From the NCBI RefSeq assembly GCF_009931435.1, contig NZ_CP043414.1: DNA of 64,000 bases. One strand, written 5' to 3'. This DNA comes from Escherichia coli. Its GTDB lineage: Bacteria > Pseudomonadota > Gammaproteobacteria > Enterobacterales > Enterobacteriaceae. Made by a program: the position numbers and the translations under genes. The notes under the pieces were generated by a model. The model saw nothing but the letters and a program-made list of their open reading frames with translations. It was not told the origin of the DNA and made no database searches. Shown in pieces: positions 1 through 12,563 of the stretch (its first letter is position 1; each line of letters begins with the position of its first letter).

Positions 1-398
1 GCAAAAAGAACGTCCTCAACAATCTGTGGGCGGCCCCGCTGCTGGTGCTGTATCGCATTATCACCGAATGCTTTTTCGGTTATGAAATCCAGGCAGCCGC
101 AACCATTGGCCGCCGCTTTACTATCCATCACGGTTACGCCGTAGTGATCAATAAAAACGTGGTGGCGGGGGATGATTTCACCATTCGCCACGGCGTCACT
201 ATCGGCAATCGTGGTGCCGATAACATGGCATGTCCACACATTGGCAACGGCGTCGAACTCGGTGCCAACGTCATTATTCTTGGTGATATCACGCTTGGTA
301 ACAACGTCACCGTGGGCGCGGGCAGCGTGGTGCTCGACTCTGTCCCGGACAACGCGCTGGTGGTGGGAGAAAAAGCGCGAGTGAAGGTAATTAAATGA
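1..398 (+). CDS. wcaB: colanic acid acetyltransferase WcaB, 5' end cut by window edge
   Basis: ORF 45..398 is open to the window start; hexapeptide-repeat (left-handed beta-helix) pattern; stop overlaps wcaC start (ATGA at 395-398). Confidence 0.8.
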   Translation, partial: KKNVLNNLWAAPLLVLYRIITECFFGYEIQAAATIGRRFTIHHGYAVVINKNVVAGDDFTIRHGVTIGNRGADNMACPHIGNGVELGANVIILGDITLGNNVTVGAGSVVLDSVPDNALVVGEKARVKVIK

Positions 399-1612
399 AT
401 ATTCTGCAATTTAATGTGCGACTGGCGGAAGGCGGGGCAGCCGGTGTGGCGTTAGATCTCCACCAGCGTGCGCTGCAACAGGGGCTGGCGTCACATTTTG
501 TCTACGGCTACGGCAAAGGCGGCAAAGAGAGCGTCAGCCATCAAAACTATCCGCAGGTCATCAAACATACGTCGCGGATGACCGCAATGGCGAATATTGC
601 CCTGTTTCGTCTGTTTAATCGCGATCTGTTTGGCAATTTCAATGAGTTATATCGCACCATTACTCGCACACCGGGTCCGGTGGTCCTGCATTTTCATGTG
701 CTGCACAGCTACTGGCTAAATCTTAACAGCGTGGTGCGCTTTTGCGAAAAGGTGAAAAACCACAAACCGGACGCCACTCTGGTCTGGACGCTGCACGACC
801 ACTGGAGCGTTACCGGACGCTGCGCCTTTACCGACGGTTGTGAAGGCTGGAAAACGGGCTGCCAGAAATGCCCGACCTTAAATAATTATCCGCCGGTGAA
901 GATTGATCGCGCACACCAGCTGGTGGCGGGCAAACGCCAGTTATTCCGCGAGATGCTGGCACTGGGCTGTCAGTTTATTTCCCCCAGCCAGCATGTGGCT
1001 GACGCTTTCAATAGCCTGTACGGGCCAGGGCGTTGCAGGATTATCAATAATGGCATTGATATGGCAACCGAAGCGATTCTGGCGGACTTGCCTCCGGTGC
1101 GCGAAACCCAGGGCAAGCCGAAAATCGCGGTGGTGGCGCATGATCTGCGTTACGACGGCAAGACTAACCAGCAACTGGTGCGTGAGATGATGGCGCTGGG
1201 CGACAAAATTGAACTGCATACCTTTGGTAAGTTCTCGCCGTTCACCGCTGGCAACGTGGTTAATCACGGCTTTGAAACTGACAAGCGCAAGTTGATGAGC
1301 GCGCTCAATCAAATGGATGCGCTGGTGTTCAGTTCTCGCGTCGATAACTACCCGCTGATTTTGTGTGAGGCGCTATCGATTGGCGTGCCGGTGATCGCCA
1401 CCCATAGCGATGCGGCGCGGGAAGTGCTGCAAAAATCCGGTGGTAAAACCGTCAGTGAAGAAGAGGTGCTGCAACTGGTGCAGTTAAGCAAACCGGAAAT
1501 CGCGCAGGCGATATTTGGTACCACGCTGGCTGAGTTCAGCCAACGCAGCCGCGCCGCCTACAGTGGACAACAGATGCTGGAGGAGTATGTCAACTTCTAT
1601 CAGAATCTGTAG
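395..1612 (+). CDS. wcaC: colanic acid glycosyltransferase WcaC
   Basis: 405-aa ORF, position and length match E. coli WcaC. Confidence 0.9.
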   Translation: MNILQFNVRLAEGGAAGVALDLHQRALQQGLASHFVYGYGKGGKESVSHQNYPQVIKHTSRMTAMANIALFRLFNRDLFGNFNELYRTITRTPGPVVLHFHVLHSYWLNLNSVVRFCEKVKNHKPDATLVWTLHDHWSVTGRCAFTDGCEGWKTGCQKCPTLNNYPPVKIDRAHQLVAGKRQLFREMLALGCQFISPSQHVADAFNSLYGPGRCRIINNGIDMATEAILADLPPVRETQGKPKIAVVAHDLRYDGKTNQQLVREMMALGDKIELHTFGKFSPFTAGNVVNHGFETDKRKLMSALNQMDALVFSSRVDNYPLILCEALSIGVPVIATHSDAAREVLQKSGGKTVSEEEVLQLVQLSKPEIAQAIFGTTLAEFSQRSRAAYSGQQMLEEYVNFYQNL

Positions 1613-2804
1613 CTACCTGCTGCTGCCGCTGATCTACCTGCTGGTTAACGTCAAAATCGCCCAGCTTGGTGAAAGTTTCCCCATCACTATCGTCACTTTT
1701 TTACCTGTCTTGTTACTGCTGTTTTTAGAACGCATCAGCGTTAAAAAATTGATGATTGCCTTAGGGATTGGTGCGGGACTCACGGCGTTCAACTATCTGT
1801 TTGGTCAGTCGTTGGATGCCAGTAAATACGTCACTTCAACCATGCTGTTTGTCTATATTGTGATCATTATTGGCATGGTGTGGAGTATTCGTTTTAAAAC
1901 AATTTCGCCACACAACCATCGCAAGATATTACGTTTCTTTTATCTGGTGGTCGGGCTGGTGGTGGCGCTGGCGGCGGTGGAGATGGCGCAAATTATCCTC
2001 ACCGGTGGCAGCAGTATTATGGAGTCGATTTCGAAATATCTGATTTACAGCAACAGCTATGTGCTGAATTTCATTAAATTCGGCGGCAAGCGCACGACAG
2101 CACTTTATTTCGAACCGGCATTTTTCGCTCTGGCATTAATCTCAATTTGGCTCAGCATCAAACAGTTTGGTATCAAAACGCCTAAAACAGATGCTATGAT
2201 TCTCGCAGGGATAATATTATCCGGATCGTTTTCAGGGGTTATGACCTTTATCCTGTTTTATTTGCTGGAGTGGGCATTCCAATATCTGAATAAAGAGGCG
2301 ATTAAGAAAAAGTTACCGTTAGCATTGATTTCTCTGGCTGTATTCCTGGTTGGTGTGGTAATCGCGTTTCCTTATATTTCCACCCGTCTGGGCGATTTAG
2401 GTACGGAAGGATCGTCATCGTATTATCGTATTGTCGGTCCGCTGGTGATGGTCGGTTATTCTTTGACCCATATTGACGGTGTAGTCAGATTTGGCTCACT
2501 TTATGAATATGTCGCATCATTCGGAATATTTAACGGTGCGGATGTCGGAAAAACCATAGACAATGGTTTGTATCTGCTGATTATTTATTTTTCCTGGTTC
2601 GCGGTGTTTTTATCGCTGTGGTACATGGGGAAAGTGATAAAAATGATGATCAACGCTTTTGGTGATAACCGCAATTTTCGCGTGCAATTATATCTTTTTA
2701 CTCCGGTATCGCTGTTTTTTACCGGTTCGATATTTAGCCCGGAATATGCATTTTTAATCGTCTGTCCGTTTATTTTGCGAAAAGCGTTAAATATTACGAG
2801 GTAA
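1587..2804 (+). CDS. wcaD: colanic acid polymerase WcaD (polytopic membrane protein)
   Basis: ORF 1515..2804; internal start [10 protein letters not shown] at 1587 gives the expected 405 aa; highly hydrophobic multi-TM sequence. Confidence 0.85.
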   Translation: MSTSIRICSYLLLPLIYLLVNVKIAQLGESFPITIVTFLPVLLLLFLERISVKKLMIALGIGAGLTAFNYLFGQSLDASKYVTSTMLFVYIVIIIGMVWSIRFKTISPHNHRKILRFFYLVVGLVVALAAVEMAQIILTGGSSIMESISKYLIYSNSYVLNFIKFGGKRTTALYFEPAFFALALISIWLSIKQFGIKTPKTDAMILAGIILSGSFSGVMTFILFYLLEWAFQYLNKEAIKKKLPLALISLAVFLVGVVIAFPYISTRLGDLGTEGSSSYYRIVGPLVMVGYSLTHIDGVVRFGSLYEYVASFGIFNGADVGKTIDNGLYLLIIYFSWFAVFLSLWYMGKVIKMMINAFGDNRNFRVQLYLFTPVSLFFTGSIFSPEYAFLIVCPFILRKALNITR

Positions 2805-2814
2805 GAATAAGAAC

Positions 2815-3561
2815 ATGTTGCTTAGCATAATCACTGTCGCGTTTCGTAACCTCGAAGGGATAGTCAAAACACATGCCTCGCTGGCGCATCTGGCGCAGGC
2901 GGACGATATCAGCTTCGAATGGATTGTTGTCGATGGCGGTTCCAACGACGGTACCCGTGAGTATCTGGAAAATCTCAATAGTATCTATAACCTACGCTTT
3001 GTCAGCGAGCCAGATAACGGTATCTACGACGCCATGAACAAGGGCATTGCGATGGCACAAGGCAAGTTCGCGTTGTTTCTCAACTCGGGCGATATTTTTC
3101 ATCAGGATGCCGCATATTTTGTCCGTAAGTTAAAAATGCAAAAAGATAACGTGATGATCACCGGCGATGCGCTGCTGGATTTTGGCGACGGGCATAAAAT
3201 TAAACGTAGCGCCAAACCGGGTTGGTATATTTATCACAGCCTGCCCGCCAGTCATCAGGCGATATTTTTCCCAGTATCCGGTTTGAAAAAATGGCGTTAT
3301 GACCTGGAATATAAAGTTTCTTCTGATTACGCGCTGGCAGCCAAAATGTATAAAGCAGGTTATGCATTTAAAAAACTCAATGGCCTGGTGTCTGAATTTT
3401 CTATGGGTGGGGTATCTACCACCAATAATATGGAATTGTGTGCTGACGCGAAAAAAGTCCAACGGCAAATATTACATGTGCCTGGCTTCTGGGCAGAATT
3501 ATCCTGGCATTTACGCCAGCGTACTACCTCAAAGACGAAAGCCTTATATAACAAAAGCTGA
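2815..3561 (+). CDS. wcaE: colanic acid glycosyltransferase WcaE (GT2)
   Basis: 248-aa ORF; GT2-like N-terminus ([10 protein letters not shown] ... [10 protein letters not shown]). Confidence 0.9.
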   Translation: MLLSIITVAFRNLEGIVKTHASLAHLAQADDISFEWIVVDGGSNDGTREYLENLNSIYNLRFVSEPDNGIYDAMNKGIAMAQGKFALFLNSGDIFHQDAAYFVRKLKMQKDNVMITGDALLDFGDGHKIKRSAKPGWYIYHSLPASHQAIFFPVSGLKKWRYDLEYKVSSDYALAAKMYKAGYAFKKLNGLVSEFSMGGVSTTNNMELCADAKKVQRQILHVPGFWAELSWHLRQRTTSKTKALYNKS

Positions 3562-3576
3562 ATATAAGGGAAAACG

Positions 3577-4125
3577 ATGCAGGATTTAAGTGGATTCTCG
3601 GTGCCGAAAGGGTTCCGGGGTGGCAACGCTATTAAAGTGCAATTGTGGTGGGCAGTACAGGCAACATTATTTGCCTGGTCGCCACAAGTATTGTATCGCT
3701 GGCGGGCATTTTTATTACGTTTATTCGGCGCAAAAATAGGAAAAAACGTAGTTATTCGGCCGTCAGTAAAAATTACCTATCCGTGGAAATTAACCTTAGG
3801 TGATTACGCGTGGGTCGGCGATGAGGTCAATTTATATACCCTCGGTGAAATAACCATTGGCGCACATTCGGTGATATCGCAAAAAAGTTATTTATGCACC
3901 GGGAGCCACGACCATGCAAGTCAACATTTCACCATTAACGCCACGCCTATTGTGATTGGCGAGAAATGCTGGCTGGCAACCGATGTCTTTGTTGCCCCAG
4001 GCGTCACAATCGGCGACGGCACCGTCGTGGGTGCACGAAGCAGTGTTTTTAAATCGCTTCCGGCAAATGTGGTTTGCCGGGGGAATCCCGCAGTGGTGAT
4101 ACGCGAACGCGTTGAAACTGAATAA
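3577..4125 (+). CDS. wcaF: colanic acid acetyltransferase WcaF (hexapeptide repeat)
   Basis: 182-aa ORF with hexapeptide repeats; conserved position. Confidence 0.9.
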   Translation: MQDLSGFSVPKGFRGGNAIKVQLWWAVQATLFAWSPQVLYRWRAFLLRLFGAKIGKNVVIRPSVKITYPWKLTLGDYAWVGDEVNLYTLGEITIGAHSVISQKSYLCTGSHDHASQHFTINATPIVIGEKCWLATDVFVAPGVTIGDGTVVGARSSVFKSLPANVVCRGNPAVVIRERVETE

Positions 4126-4150
4126 ATTCAAAAATACAGAGGAATAAGAC

Positions 4151-5272
4151 ATGTCAAAAGTCGCTCTCATCACCGGTGTAACCGGACAAGACGGTTCTTA
4201 CCTGGCAGAGTTTCTGCTGGAAAAAGGTTACGAGGTGCATGGTATTAAGCGTCGTGCATCGTCATTCAACACCGAGCGCGTGGATCACATTTATCAGGAT
4301 CCGCACACCTGCAACCCGAAATTCCATCTGCATTATGGCGACCTGAGTGATACCTCCAACCTGACGCGCATTTTGCGTGAAGTGCAGCCGGATGAAGTGT
4401 ACAACCTGGGCGCAATGAGCCACGTTGCGGTTTCTTTTGAGTCACCGGAATATACCGCAGACGTCGATGCGATGGGTACGCTGCGCCTGCTCGAGGCGAT
4501 CCGCTTCCTCGGTCTGGAAAAGAAAACCCGTTTCTATCAGGCTTCCACCTCTGAACTGTACGGTCTGGTGCAGGAAATTCCGCAGAAAGAAACCACGCCG
4601 TTCTACCCGCGATCTCCGTATGCGGTCGCCAAACTGTACGCCTACTGGATCACCGTTAACTACCGCGAATCCTACGGCATGTACGCTTGTAACGGAATTC
4701 TCTTCAACCATGAATCCCCGCGCCGCGGCGAAACCTTCGTTACCCGCAAAATCACCCGCGCAATCGCCAACATCGCCCAGGGGCTGGAGTCGTGCCTGTA
4801 CCTCGGCAATATGGATTCCCTGCGTGACTGGGGCCACGCCAAAGACTACGTAAAAATGCAGTGGATGATGCTGCAACAGGAACAGCCGGAAGATTTCGTT
4901 ATCGCGACCGGCGTTCAGTACTCCGTGCGTCAGTTCGTGGAAATGGCAGCGGCACAGCTGGGCATCAAACTGCGCTTTGAAGGCACGGGTGTTGAAGAGA
5001 AGGGCATTGTGGTTTCCGTCACCGGGCATGACGCGCCGGGCGTTAAACCGGGTGATGTGATTATCGCCGTTGATCCGCGTTACTTCCGTCCGGCTGAAGT
5101 TGAAACGCTGCTCGGCGACCCGACCAAAGCGCACGAAAAACTGGGCTGGAAACCGGAAATCACCCTCAGAGAGATGGTGTCTGAAATGGTGGCTAATGAC
5201 CTCGAAGCGGCGAAAAAACACTCTCTGCTGAAATCTCACGGCTACGACGTGGCGATCGCGCTGGAGTCATAA
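4151..5272 (+). CDS. gmd: GDP-mannose 4,6-dehydratase
   Basis: 373-aa ORF; N-terminal Rossmann motif [13 protein letters not shown]; recognised as Gmd. Confidence 0.95.
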
Positions 5273-5274
5273 GC

Positions 5275-6240
5275 ATGAGTAGACAACGCATTTTTATCGC
5301 TGGCCATCGCGGAATGGTCGGTTCTGCCATCAGGCGGCAGCTCGAACAGCGCGGTGATGTGGAACTGGTATTACGCACCCGCGACGAGCTGAACCTGCTG
5401 GACAGCCGCGCGGTGCATGATTTCTTTGCCAGCGAACGCATTGACCAGGTCTATCTGGCGGCGGCGAAAGTGGGCGGCATTGTTGCCAACAACACCTATC
5501 CGGCGGATTTCATCTACCAGAACATGATGATTGAGAGCAACATCATTCACGCCGCGCATCAGAACGACGTGAACAAACTGCTGTTTCTCGGATCGTCCTG
5601 CATCTACCCGAAACTGGCAAAACAGCCGATGGCAGAAAGCGAGCTGTTGCAGGGCACGCTGGAGCCGACTAACGAGCCTTATGCCATTGCCAAAATCGCC
5701 GGGATCAAACTGTGCGAATCTTACAACCGCCAGTATGGACGCGATTACCGCTCGGTCATGCCAACCAACCTGTACGGGCCACACGACAACTTCCATCCGA
5801 GTAACTCGCATGTGATCCCAGCATTGCTGCGTCGCTTCCACGAGGCGACGGCACAGAATGCACCGGACGTGGTGGTGTGGGGCAGCGGTACACCGATGCG
5901 TGAATTTCTGCACGTCGATGATATGGCGGCGGCAAGCATTCATGTGATGGAGCTGGCGCACGAAGTCTGGCTGGAAAACACCCAGCCGATGTTGTCGCAC
6001 ATTAACGTCGGTACGGGCGTTGACTGCACTATCCGCGAGCTGGCGCAAACCATCGCCAAAGTGGTGGGTTACAAAGGTCGGGTGGTTTTTGATGCCAGTA
6101 AACCGGATGGTACGCCGCGCAAACTGCTGGATGTGACGCGCCTGCATCAGCTTGGCTGGTATCACGAAATCTCACTGGAAGCGGGGCTTGCCAGCACTTA
6201 CCAGTGGTTCCTTGAGAATCAAGACCGCTTTCGGGGGTAA
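5275..6240 (+). CDS. fcl: GDP-L-fucose synthase (GDP-4-keto-6-deoxymannose epimerase/reductase)
   Basis: 321-aa ORF; [15 protein letters not shown](P)-binding motif; recognised as Fcl/WcaG. Confidence 0.95.
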   Translation: MSRQRIFIAGHRGMVGSAIRRQLEQRGDVELVLRTRDELNLLDSRAVHDFFASERIDQVYLAAAKVGGIVANNTYPADFIYQNMMIESNIIHAAHQNDVNKLLFLGSSCIYPKLAKQPMAESELLQGTLEPTNEPYAIAKIAGIKLCESYNRQYGRDYRSVMPTNLYGPHDNFHPSNSHVIPALLRRFHEATAQNAPDVVVWGSGTPMREFLHVDDMAAASIHVMELAHEVWLENTQPMLSHINVGTGVDCTIRELAQTIAKVVGYKGRVVFDASKPDGTPRKLLDVTRLHQLGWYHEISLEAGLASTYQWFLENQDRFRG

Positions 6241-6722
6241 TGATGTTTTTACGTCAGGAAGACTTTGCCACGGTAGTGCGCTCCACCCCGCTTGTCTCTC
6301 TCGACTTTATTGTCGAGAACAGTCGCGGCGAGTTTCTGCTTGGCAAAAGAACCAACCGCCCGGCGCAGGGTTACTGGTTTGTGCCGGGAGGGCGCGTGCA
6401 GAAAGACGAAACGCTGGAAGCCGCATTTGAGCGGCTGACGATGGCGGAACTGGGGCTGCGTCTGCCGATAACAGCAGGCCAGTTTTACGGTGTCTGGCAG
6501 CACTTTTATGACGATAACTTCTCCGGCATGGATTTCACCACTCACTATGTGGTGCTCGGTTTTCGCTTCAGAGTATCGGAAGAAGAGCTGTTACTGCCGG
6601 ATGAGCAGCATGACGATTACCGCTGGCTGACGCCGGATGCACTGCTCGCCAGTGACAATGTTCACGCTAACAGCCGCGCCTATTTTCTCGCTGAGAAGCG
6701 TGCCGGAGTACCCGGATTATGA
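6240..6722 (+). CDS. gmm: GDP-mannose mannosyl hydrolase (NUDIX)
   Basis: 160-aa ORF; NUDIX-like segment; conserved position between fcl and wcaI. Confidence 0.9.
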   Translation: MMFLRQEDFATVVRSTPLVSLDFIVENSRGEFLLGKRTNRPAQGYWFVPGGRVQKDETLEAAFERLTMAELGLRLPITAGQFYGVWQHFYDDNFSGMDFTTHYVVLGFRFRVSEEELLLPDEQHDDYRWLTPDALLASDNVHANSRAYFLAEKRAGVPGL

Positions 6723-7942
6723 AAATACTGGTCTACGGCATTAACTACTCGCCGGAGTTAACCGGCATCGGCAAATACACCGGCGAGATGGTGGAATGGC
6801 TGGCGGCACAAGGTCATGAGGTGCGGGTCATTACCGCACCGCCTTACTACCCGCAGTGGCAGGTGGGTGAGAACTATTCCGCCTGGCGGTACAAACGAGA
6901 AGAGGGGGCCGCCACGGTGTGGCGCTGCCCGCTGTACGTGCCAAAACAGCCGAGCACCCTGAAACGCCTGTTGCATCTCAGCAGTTTTGCCGTCAGCAGT
7001 TTCTTTCCTCTGATGGCGCAACGTCGCTGGAAGCCGGATCGCATTATTGGCGTGGTGCCAACGCTGTTTTGCACGCCGGGAATGCGCCTGCTGGCGAAAC
7101 TCTCTGGCGCGCGTACCGTGCTGCATATTCAGGATTACGAAGTGGACGCCATGCTGGGGCTGGGCCTTGCCGGAAAAGGCAAAGGCGGCAAAGTGGCACA
7201 GCTGGCGACGGCGTTCGAACGTAGCGGACTGCATAACGTCGATAACGTCTCCACGATTTCGCGTTCGATGATGAATAAAGCCATCGAAAAAGGCGTGGCG
7301 GCAGAAAACGTCATCTTCTTCCCCAACTGGTCAGAAATTGCCCGTTTTCAGCATGTTGCAGATGCCGATGTTGATGCCCTTCGTAACCAGCTTGGCCTGC
7401 CGGATAACAAAAAAATCATTCTTTACTCCGGCAATATTGGTGAAAAGCAGGGGCTGGAAAACGTTATTGAAGCTGCCGATCGCCTGCGCGATGAACCGCT
7501 GATTTTTGCCATTGTCGGGCAGGGCGGCGGCAAAGCGCGGCTGGAAAAAATGGCGCAGCAGCGTGGACTGCGCAACATGCAATTTTTTCCGCTGCAATCG
7601 TATGACGCTTTACCCGCACTGCTGAAGATGGGCGATTGCCATCTGGTGGTGCAAAAACGCGGCGCGGCAGATGCCGTATTGCCGTCGAAACTGACCAATA
7701 TTCTGGCGGTAGGCGGTAACGCGGTGATTACTGCAGAAGCCCACACAGAACTGGGACAGCTTTGCGAAACCTTTCCGGGCATTGCGGTTTGCGTAGAGCC
7801 GGAATCGGTCGAGGCGCTGGTGGCGGGGATCCGTCAGGCGCTCCTGCTGCCCAAACACAACACGGTGGCACGTGAATATGCCGAACGCACTCTCGATAAA
7901 GAGAACGTGTTACGTCAATTTATAAATGATATTCGGGGATAA
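6719..7942 (+). CDS. wcaI: colanic acid glycosyltransferase WcaI (GT4-like)
   Basis: 407-aa ORF; start overlaps gmm stop (ATGA). Confidence 0.9.
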   Translation: MKILVYGINYSPELTGIGKYTGEMVEWLAAQGHEVRVITAPPYYPQWQVGENYSAWRYKREEGAATVWRCPLYVPKQPSTLKRLLHLSSFAVSSFFPLMAQRRWKPDRIIGVVPTLFCTPGMRLLAKLSGARTVLHIQDYEVDAMLGLGLAGKGKGGKVAQLATAFERSGLHNVDNVSTISRSMMNKAIEKGVAAENVIFFPNWSEIARFQHVADADVDALRNQLGLPDNKKIILYSGNIGEKQGLENVIEAADRLRDEPLIFAIVGQGGGKARLEKMAQQRGLRNMQFFPLQSYDALPALLKMGDCHLVVQKRGAADAVLPSKLTNILAVGGNAVITAEAHTELGQLCETFPGIAVCVEPESVEALVAGIRQALLLPKHNTVAREYAERTLDKENVLRQFINDIRG

Positions 7943-7944
7943 TT

Positions 7945-9381
7945 ATGGCGCAGTCGAAACTCTATCCAGTTGTGATGGCAGGTGGCTCCGGTAGCCGCTT
8001 ATGGCCGCTTTCCCGCGTACTTTACCCCAAGCAGTTTTTATGCCTGAAAGGCGATCTCACCATGCTGCAAACCACCATCTGCCGCCTGAACGGCGTGGAG
8101 TGCGAAAGCCCGGTGGTGATTTGCAATGAGCAGCACCGCTTTATTGTCGCGGAACAGCTGCGCCAACTGAACAAACTCACCGAGAACATTATTCTCGAAC
8201 CGGCAGGGCGTAATACTGCACCTGCCATTGCGCTGGCGGCGCTGGCGGCAAAACGTCATAGCCCGGAGAGCGACCCGTTAATGCTGGTATTGGCGGCGGA
8301 TCATGTGATTGCCGATGAAGACGCGTTCCGTGCCGCCGTGCGTAATGCCATGCCATATGCCGAAGCGGGCAAGCTGGTGACCTTCGGCATTGTGCCGGAT
8401 CTACCAGAAACCGGTTATGGCTATATTCGTCGCGGTGAAGTGTCTGCGGGTGAGCAGGATACGGTGGCCTTTGAAGTGGCGCAGTTTGTCGAAAAACCAA
8501 ATCTGGAAACCGCGCAGGCCTATGTGGCAAGCGGCGAATATTACTGGAACAGCGGCATGTTCCTGTTCCGCGCCGGACGCTATCTCGAAGAACTGAAAAA
8601 ATATCGCCCGGATATTCTCGATGCCTGCGAAAAAGCGATGAGCGCCGTCGATCCGGATCTCGATTTTATTCGCGTGGATGAAGAAGCGTTTCTCGCCTGC
8701 CCGGAAGAGTCGGTGGATTACGCGGTCATGGAACGTACGGCAGATGCCGTTGTGGTACCGATGGATGCGGGCTGGAGCGATGTCGGTTCCTGGTCTTCAT
8801 TATGGGAGATCAGCGCCCACACCGCCGAGGGCAACGTTTGCCACGGCGATGTAATTAATCACAAAACTGAAAACAGCTATGTGTACGCCGAATCTGGCCT
8901 GGTCACCACCGTCGGGGTGAAAGATCTGGTGGTGGTGCAGACCAAAGATGCGGTGCTGATTGCCGACCGTAACGCGGTGCAGGATGTGAAAAAAGTGGTC
9001 GAGCAGATCAAAGCCGATGGTCGCCATGAGCATCGGGTGCATCGCGAAGTCTATCGCCCGTGGGGCAAATATGACTCTATCGACGCAGGCGACCGCTACC
9101 AGGTGAAACGCATCACCGTGAAACCGGGCGAGGGCTTGTCGGTACAGATGCACCATCACCGCGCGGAACACTGGGTGGTTGTCGCGGGAACGGCAAAAGT
9201 CACTATTGACGGTGATATCAAACTGCTTGGTGAAAACGAGTCCATTTATATTCCGCTGGGGGCGACGCACTGCCTGGAAAACCCGGGGAAAATTCCGCTC
9301 GATTTAATTGAAGTGCGCTCCGGCTCTTATCTCGAAGAGGATGATGTGGTGCGCTTCGCGGATCGCTACGGACGGGTGTAA
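7945..9381 (+). CDS. cpsB: mannose-1-phosphate guanylyltransferase
   Basis: 478-aa ORF; nucleotidyltransferase N-terminus ([15 protein letters not shown]) and C-terminal cupin domain. Confidence 0.95.
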   Translation: MAQSKLYPVVMAGGSGSRLWPLSRVLYPKQFLCLKGDLTMLQTTICRLNGVECESPVVICNEQHRFIVAEQLRQLNKLTENIILEPAGRNTAPAIALAALAAKRHSPESDPLMLVLAADHVIADEDAFRAAVRNAMPYAEAGKLVTFGIVPDLPETGYGYIRRGEVSAGEQDTVAFEVAQFVEKPNLETAQAYVASGEYYWNSGMFLFRAGRYLEELKKYRPDILDACEKAMSAVDPDLDFIRVDEEAFLACPEESVDYAVMERTADAVVVPMDAGWSDVGSWSSLWEISAHTAEGNVCHGDVINHKTENSYVYAESGLVTTVGVKDLVVVQTKDAVLIADRNAVQDVKKVVEQIKADGRHEHRVHREVYRPWGKYDSIDAGDRYQVKRITVKPGEGLSVQMHHHRAEHWVVVAGTAKVTIDGDIKLLGENESIYIPLGATHCLENPGKIPLDLIEVRSGSYLEEDDVVRFADRYGRV

Positions 9382-9382
9382 A

Positions 9383-9590
<208 letters not shown>

Positions 9591-9661
9591 TGTAAATAAC
9601 GACAAAAATAAAATTGGCCGTTTCGGTCAGGGCCAACTATTGCCTGAAAAAGGGTAACGAC

Positions 9662-11032
9662 ATGAAAAAATTAACCTGCTTTAAAGCCTATGATATTCGC
9701 GGGAAATTAGGCGAAGAACTGAATGAAGATATTGCCTGGCGCATTGGGCGTGCCTATGGCGAATTTCTCAAACCGAAAACCATTGTGTTAGGCGGTGATG
9801 TCCGTCTCACCAGCGAAACCTTAAAACTGGCGCTGGCAAAAGGTTTACAGGATGCGGGCGTTGACGTGCTGGATATCGGTATGTCCGGCACCGAAGAGAT
9901 CTATTTCGCCACGTTCCATCTCGGCGTGGATGGCGGCATTGAAGTTACTGCCAGCCATAATCCGATGGATTACAACGGCATGAAGCTGGTGCGCGAAGGG
10001 GCTCGCCCGATCAGCGGTGATACCGGACTGCGCGATGTCCAGCGCCTGGCTGAAGCCAACGACTTTCCTCCCGTCGATGAAACCAAACGCGGTCGCTATC
10101 AGCAAATCAACCTGCGTGACGCTTACGTTGATCACCTGTTCGGTTATATCAATGTCAAAAACCTCACGCCGCTCAAGCTGGTGATCAACTCCGGGAACGG
10201 CGCAGCGGGTCCGGTGGTGGACGCCATTGAAGCCCGCTTTAAAGCCCTCGGCGCGCCCGTGGAATTAATCAAAGTGCACAACACGCCGGACGGCAATTTC
10301 CCCAACGGTATTCCTAACCCACTACTGCCGGAATGCCGCGACGACACCCGCAATGCGGTCATCAAACACGGCGCGGATATGGGCATTGCCTTTGATGGCG
10401 ATTTTGACCGCTGTTTTCTGTTTGACGAAAAAGGGCAGTTTATCGAGGGCTACTACATTGTCGGCCTGCTGGCAGAAGCGTTCCTCGAAAAAAATCCCGG
10501 CGCGAAGATCATCCACGATCCTCGTCTCTCCTGGAATACCGTTGATGTGGTGACTGCCGCAGGCGGCACCCCGGTAATGTCGAAAACCGGACACGCCTTT
10601 ATTAAAGAACGTATGCGCAAGGAAGACGCCATCTACGGTGGCGAAATGAGCGCCCACCATTACTTCCGTGATTTCGCTTACTGCGACAGCGGCATGATCC
10701 CATGGCTGCTGGTCGCCGAACTGGTGTGCCTGAAAGGAAAAACGCTGGGCGAACTGGTGCGCGACCGGATGGCGGCGTTTCCGGCAAGCGGTGAGATCAA
10801 CAGCAAACTGGCGCAACCCGTTGAGGCGATTAACCGCGTGGAACAGCACTTTAGCCGTGAGGCGCTGGCGGTGGATCGCACCGATGGTATCAGCATGACC
10901 TTTGCCGACTGGCGCTTTAACCTGCGCTCCTCCAACACCGAACCGGTGGTGCGGTTGAATGTGGAATCGCGCGGTGATGTACCGCTGATGGAAGCGCGAA
11001 CGCGAACTCTGCTGACGTTGCTGAACGAGTAA
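9662..11032 (+). CDS. cpsG: phosphomannomutase
   Basis: ORF 9614..11032; internal start [14 protein letters not shown] at 9662 gives 456 aa; active-site motif TASHNP. Confidence 0.95.
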   Translation: MKKLTCFKAYDIRGKLGEELNEDIAWRIGRAYGEFLKPKTIVLGGDVRLTSETLKLALAKGLQDAGVDVLDIGMSGTEEIYFATFHLGVDGGIEVTASHNPMDYNGMKLVREGARPISGDTGLRDVQRLAEANDFPPVDETKRGRYQQINLRDAYVDHLFGYINVKNLTPLKLVINSGNGAAGPVVDAIEARFKALGAPVELIKVHNTPDGNFPNGIPNPLLPECRDDTRNAVIKHGADMGIAFDGDFDRCFLFDEKGQFIEGYYIVGLLAEAFLEKNPGAKIIHDPRLSWNTVDVVTAAGGTPVMSKTGHAFIKERMRKEDAIYGGEMSAHHYFRDFAYCDSGMIPWLLVAELVCLKGKTLGELVRDRMAAFPASGEINSKLAQPVEAINRVEQHFSREALAVDRTDGISMTFADWRFNLRSSNTEPVVRLNVESRGDVPLMEARTRTLLTLLNE

Positions 11033-11039
11033 TGTCATT

Positions 11040-11160
11040 ACTTTCCCCCTCACCCTGACGCTCTACTGCCTGCGGAGAGAAGTGAGCACGGAACTTTCTT
11101 CTCCCCCTCGCCCCTTTGGGGAGAGGGCCGGGGTGAGGGGCGAGGCGACAATAGAACAGG
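11040..11160. repeat. GC-rich imperfect inverted-repeat element (REP-like) between cpsG and wcaJ
   Basis: ccccctcaccc (about 11046) pairs with ggggtgagggg (about 11131); ccccctcgcccc (about 11103) pairs with ggggcgagg (about 11138). Confidence 0.4.
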
Positions 11161-11167
11161 AACAACG

Positions 11168-12562
11168 ATGACAAATCTAAAAAAGCGCGAGCGAGCGAAA
11201 ACCAATGCATCGTTAATCTCTATGGTGCAACGCTTTTCAGATATCACCATCATGTTTGCCGGACTATGGCTGGTTTGCGAAGTGAGCGGACTGTCATTCC
11301 TCTACATGCACCTGTTGGTGGCGTTGATTACGCTGGTGGTGTTCCAGATGCTGGGCGGCATCACCGATTTTTATCGCTCATGGCGCGGTGTTCGGGCAGC
11401 GACAGAATTTGCCCTGTTGCTACAAAACTGGACCTTAAGCGTGATTTTCAGCGCCGGACTGGTGGCGTTCAACAATGATTTCGACACGCAACTGAAAATC
11501 TGGCTGGCGTGGTATGGGCTGACCAGTATCGGACTGGTGGTTTGCCGTTCATGTATTCGCATTGGGGCGGGCTGGCTGCGTAATCATGGCTATAACAAGC
11601 GCATGGTCGCGGTGGCGGGGGATTTAGCCGCCGGACAAATGCTGATGGAGAGCTTCCGTAATCAGCCGTGGTTAGGGTTTGAAGTGGTGGGCGTTTACCA
11701 CGACCCGAAACCGGGCGGCGTTTCTAACGACTGGGCGGGCAATCTGCAACAGCTGGTCGAGGATGCTAAAGCGGGCAAGATTCATAACGTCTATATCGCG
11801 ATGCAAATGTGCGACGGCGCACGAGTGAAAAAACTGGTCCATCAACTGGCGGACACCACCTGTTCGGTGCTGCTGATCCCCGACGTCTTTACCTTCAACA
11901 TTCTCCATTCACGTCTCGAAGAGATGAACGGCGTTCCGGTGGTGCCGCTGTACGATACGCCGCTTTCCGGGGTTAACCGCCTGCTCAAACGTGCGGAAGA
12001 CATTGTGCTGGCGACGCTTATCCTGCTGCTGATCTCCCCGGTGCTGTGCTGCATTGCGCTGGCGGTGAAACTCAGTTCACCTGGGCCGGTTATTTTCCGC
12101 CAGACTCGCTACGGCATGGATGGCAAGCCGATCAAAGTGTGGAAGTTCCGTTCCATGAAAGTGATGGAGAACGACAAAGTGGTGACCCAGGCGACGCAGA
12201 ACGATCCGCGCGTCACCAAAGTGGGGAACTTTCTGCGCCGCACCTCGCTGGATGAACTGCCGCAGTTTATCAATGTGCTGACCGGGGGGATGTCGATTGT
12301 GGGTCCACGTCCGCACGCGGTGGCGCATAACGAACAGTATCGCCAGCTCATTGAAGGCTACATGCTGCGCCATAAAGTGAAACCGGGCATTACCGGCTGG
12401 GCGCAGATTAACGGCTGGCGCGGCGAAACCGACACGCTGGAGAAAATGGAAAAACGCGTCGAGTTCGACCTTGAGTACATCCGCGAATGGAGCGTCTGGT
12501 TCGATATCAAAATCGTTTTCCTGACGGTATTCAAAGGATTCGTTAACAAAGCGGCATATTGA
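11168..12562 (+). CDS. wcaJ: UDP-glucose:undecaprenyl-phosphate glucose-1-phosphate transferase (colanic acid initiating enzyme)
   Basis: 464-aa ORF; N-terminal TM segments and C-terminal sugar-transferase domain (PRPHAVAHNEQY ... ITGWAQINGWRGET). Confidence 0.9.
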   Translation: MTNLKKRERAKTNASLISMVQRFSDITIMFAGLWLVCEVSGLSFLYMHLLVALITLVVFQMLGGITDFYRSWRGVRAATEFALLLQNWTLSVIFSAGLVAFNNDFDTQLKIWLAWYGLTSIGLVVCRSCIRIGAGWLRNHGYNKRMVAVAGDLAAGQMLMESFRNQPWLGFEVVGVYHDPKPGGVSNDWAGNLQQLVEDAKAGKIHNVYIAMQMCDGARVKKLVHQLADTTCSVLLIPDVFTFNILHSRLEEMNGVPVVPLYDTPLSGVNRLLKRAEDIVLATLILLLISPVLCCIALAVKLSSPGPVIFRQTRYGMDGKPIKVWKFRSMKVMENDKVVTQATQNDPRVTKVGNFLRRTSLDELPQFINVLTGGMSIVGPRPHAVAHNEQYRQLIEGYMLRHKVKPGITGWAQINGWRGETDTLEKMEKRVEFDLEYIREWSVWFDIKIVFLTVFKGFVNKAAY

Positions 12563-12563
12563 T

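Noticed and set aside
4442-5239. 265-codon ORF antisense to gmd (similar long antisense ORFs over fcl 5371-6165, cpsG 10322-11053, wcaJ 12077-12715, wcaK 14459-15181)
   Set aside because: All lie opposite well-supported conserved genes in GC-rich DNA, where stop codons are scarce on the antisense strand
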